DNA of 64,000 nucleotides from Selaginella moellendorffii (Eukaryota; Plantae; Lycopodiophyta): NCBI RefSeq assembly GCF_000143415.4, contig NW_003314319.1, positions 896,365 to 960,364 of the forward strand, read 5' to 3'. Shown piece by piece: positions 62,011 to 64,000 of this stretch (position 1 is its first letter; each line of letters starts with the position of its first letter). The notes under the pieces were generated by a model. It saw only the letters and a program-made list of their open reading frames with translations, ran no database searches and was not told where the DNA came from. The position numbers and the translations under genes were made by a program.

Positions 62011-62722
62011 TTTATGAAGTCTTAAGTTGGATAATTTGGAAATACTATATTATTACTATACGAAGACATGACCGAATACGGTAATAACAATCTGCTAAAC
62101 TATATGCAGCCGTCAAATCTTAATCCTTTCCACGTGTACAAAGTTAAGAGCTTCATCTCATCCTTGAGACCTCAGCTTTCAAGATAAGCTTATGATACTC
62201 ACTCTAAAGCCTGGACTTCAGGTCTTCAAAGCTACTGTAGAGTAGATCCTCAAGGTGATGGTGATTGAAGAAGAGCATGGGCAACCCTAGACCAGTTTGC
62301 AGAGTACAAGTCAAGACAGTTTCCAGCATACTCATCCGACTGGCCTCGGCGATGTGCTAGTCATAACATGCTCGATACTGGAAAGGCCATGTCGTAATTG
62401 TCTGGAGCTTCCATCAAGCGTGTGCCGTCTTAATCTCCAGCCCATTTGCATCCGCAATCCAAAGAATTAATATTAAAGTACAAACAAAGAAGAGAATCGT
62501 ATAATTTCAAGCGTTAGGTGCCTCTGCGTTTACACTGCTAAATAACTTGGAAAAACAAAGGGACAAGAAATGCACGCCATAGTGTGAGTGTCACAGACGC
62601 AAAAAGTGTTTAGAGTCCAGTTGAATCTTGAAATATGAAAATGTATTATACAATTTCAAGAGATTCTATTGTTTGCAAGAAAAGCTCGAAAGTAGGATTT
62701 TCTTTTAGGGTTCTTGGCCGCG

Positions 62723-63163
62723 ATGGCGGAAGGAGAGGATCCGCCGCCCAAGGCTTTCAAGTTTTCGTGCACGCCCGCATTGGATGCGCTCTGGTTTTGC
62801 TACTGTAAGTGTGTGCTCCTTCACATTCATAGCATCTAAATGTTTTTTTTGGCTCTCGCAGCGCCCGTATTCCAGCTCCGAGAATACTACCGGGAAGGCA
62901 CCTTCAACACTTGCACAGACAAATTCTGGGATGTGATGAACTGCTTCCGCCTCAAGACGAAGAAACTGGCCGAGGCTCAGGTCAATCTCTCTCGCTCTCG
63001 CTCACTCCAGAGTGAGTTTCTTACGATTTCTCCGCAGGTAATCATCGAAAGCGAGAATCGGAAGCGCGAGCAACCGCTGTTTTGGGAGCTGCGATCCAAG
63101 GAAGAAGCAACCGAAGCCTGGAACAAAGATTTCCCCGATATGAAGGAGAGTGATGGTCTTTAA
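62723..63163 (+). CDS. Small EMI1/DUF3128-like Cys-motif protein, 3 exons (62723-62804, 62862-62980, 63038-63163)
   Basis: SCTPALDALWFCY|SPVFQLREYYREGTFNTCTDKFWDVMNCFRLK...FWELRS. Confidence 0.85.
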
Positions 63164-63266
63164 ATCCTCGTTCTCAGCAAGAAAGTGGTCCTCAAGAGAT
63201 CAAACTTTGCTCGTGACGATCTGGATCATTCCAACGAAGATCTAGACATTGCCAAGGAATTCCTTC

Positions 63267-63737
63267 TCAAGCCCGCTTTCCACTGTTGGGATTGGATTGA
63301 GGGACGAGCACCTTGCGGCCCTTTCGCCGCCGCCGCCGCAGCACATTCCTCCCGCCGGGCGTCGACATCCTCTTCCGGAATCCCTGCGCCCTCGCCCGCG
63401 ACTTGCGAGACCTGGATCTCTTGGTGCATGCCATGGATGCCTTGCCCGCTCTCACTACCAGCTGCCGCGGCCGCTTCTTCGCTCCATCCACGCACACCGG
63501 CGCCGAGAAGAGCCCCCACGACGATCCTCCTGTGAGATTCTAGCGTTGAATCGATTGGTGAGGGAAGGAATCAATCGGACCTGAGAAGAGCGCTCCCCGC
63601 GCGGATGAGAGAGACGACGCCGCGGCCGTGGGCGCGAACGAGGACGCATCGAGACCTAATCGAGAGGAGGAGGAGGAGATTGGGCGTAGGGCGAGTGTTC
63701 TTCCCAGCGATGGTGCCATAGCCATTGCGAGCGCCAT
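63267..63737 (-). CDS. RPL34: Plastid 50S ribosomal protein bL34c with transit peptide, 2 exons
   Basis: Ser/Ala-rich transit peptide; [40 protein letters not shown]. Confidence 0.93.
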
Positions 63738-63756
63738 CTTATCCCCTGTTTTTCAC

Positions 63757-63765
63757 AAACCCTAA
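63757..63765. promoter_or_regulatory. Telo-box AAACCCTAA in the 73-bp gap between the divergent bL34c and PPR genes
   Basis: Motif seen directly, next to a ribosomal protein start codon. Confidence 0.6.
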
Positions 63766-63810
63766 AAAGGTAAAGGGGTAAAGCAACATGGAATAGTTAT
63801 TTCCCCTTTC

Positions 63811-64000
63811 ATGGCATTTGCCCTAACCCCAAGCTCCACTCTTCTTGGCAAATCCCACGCCCTAGACAACGATTTCGTTGCGAGGTATGCCGATCTCATC
63901 CGCCAGTGCCGCGATTCTGGCGCTCTCGCCCAGGGCAAGCTCCTCCACGCGCGGCTCGCGAGATCGCTGCTCGACACCCACACATTCCTGGGAAATCTCC
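63811..64000 (+). CDS. 5' end of a PLS-class PPR gene (truncated by the window)
   Basis: YADLIRQCRDSGALAQGKLLHARL...DTHTFLGNL parallels the start of the PPR at 41300. Confidence 0.85.
   Translation, partial: MAFALTPSSTLLGKSHALDNDFVARYADLIRQCRDSGALAQGKLLHARLARSLLDTHTFLGNL

Overview
Eukaryotic plant nuclear DNA. Very short introns (about 50-100 bp), tightly packed genes, S-motif-rich PLS-PPR genes and a four-domain voltage-gated channel point to a seedless land plant, most likely a Selaginella-type lycophyte (inference). The left 36 kb is a rearranged, decaying defence/TE region. It holds two tandem segmental copies of [NB-LRR(+) facing four-domain Cav-like channel(-) plus an At5g64816-like gene]. 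The first NLR is split by a ~20-kb insertion containing a MULE transposase remnant, a nested pair of Ty3/gypsy-type LTR elements, an intact secreted tandem PLAT/ATS3-like gene, a TRIM-like element, a thaumatin pseudogene and a MITE with 4-bp TSDs. The right 28 kb is ordinary gene-dense sequence (RRM, 4 PPRs, RLCK, mL41, EMI1/DUF3128-like, plastid bL34). It also contains an intact, intron-containing 429-aa gene resembling Bacillus 3-domain Cry toxins, apparently domain I fused to a domain-III-like beta-sandwich with no domain II, plus an inverted decayed duplicate. All calls come from reading the sequence; no searches were run.
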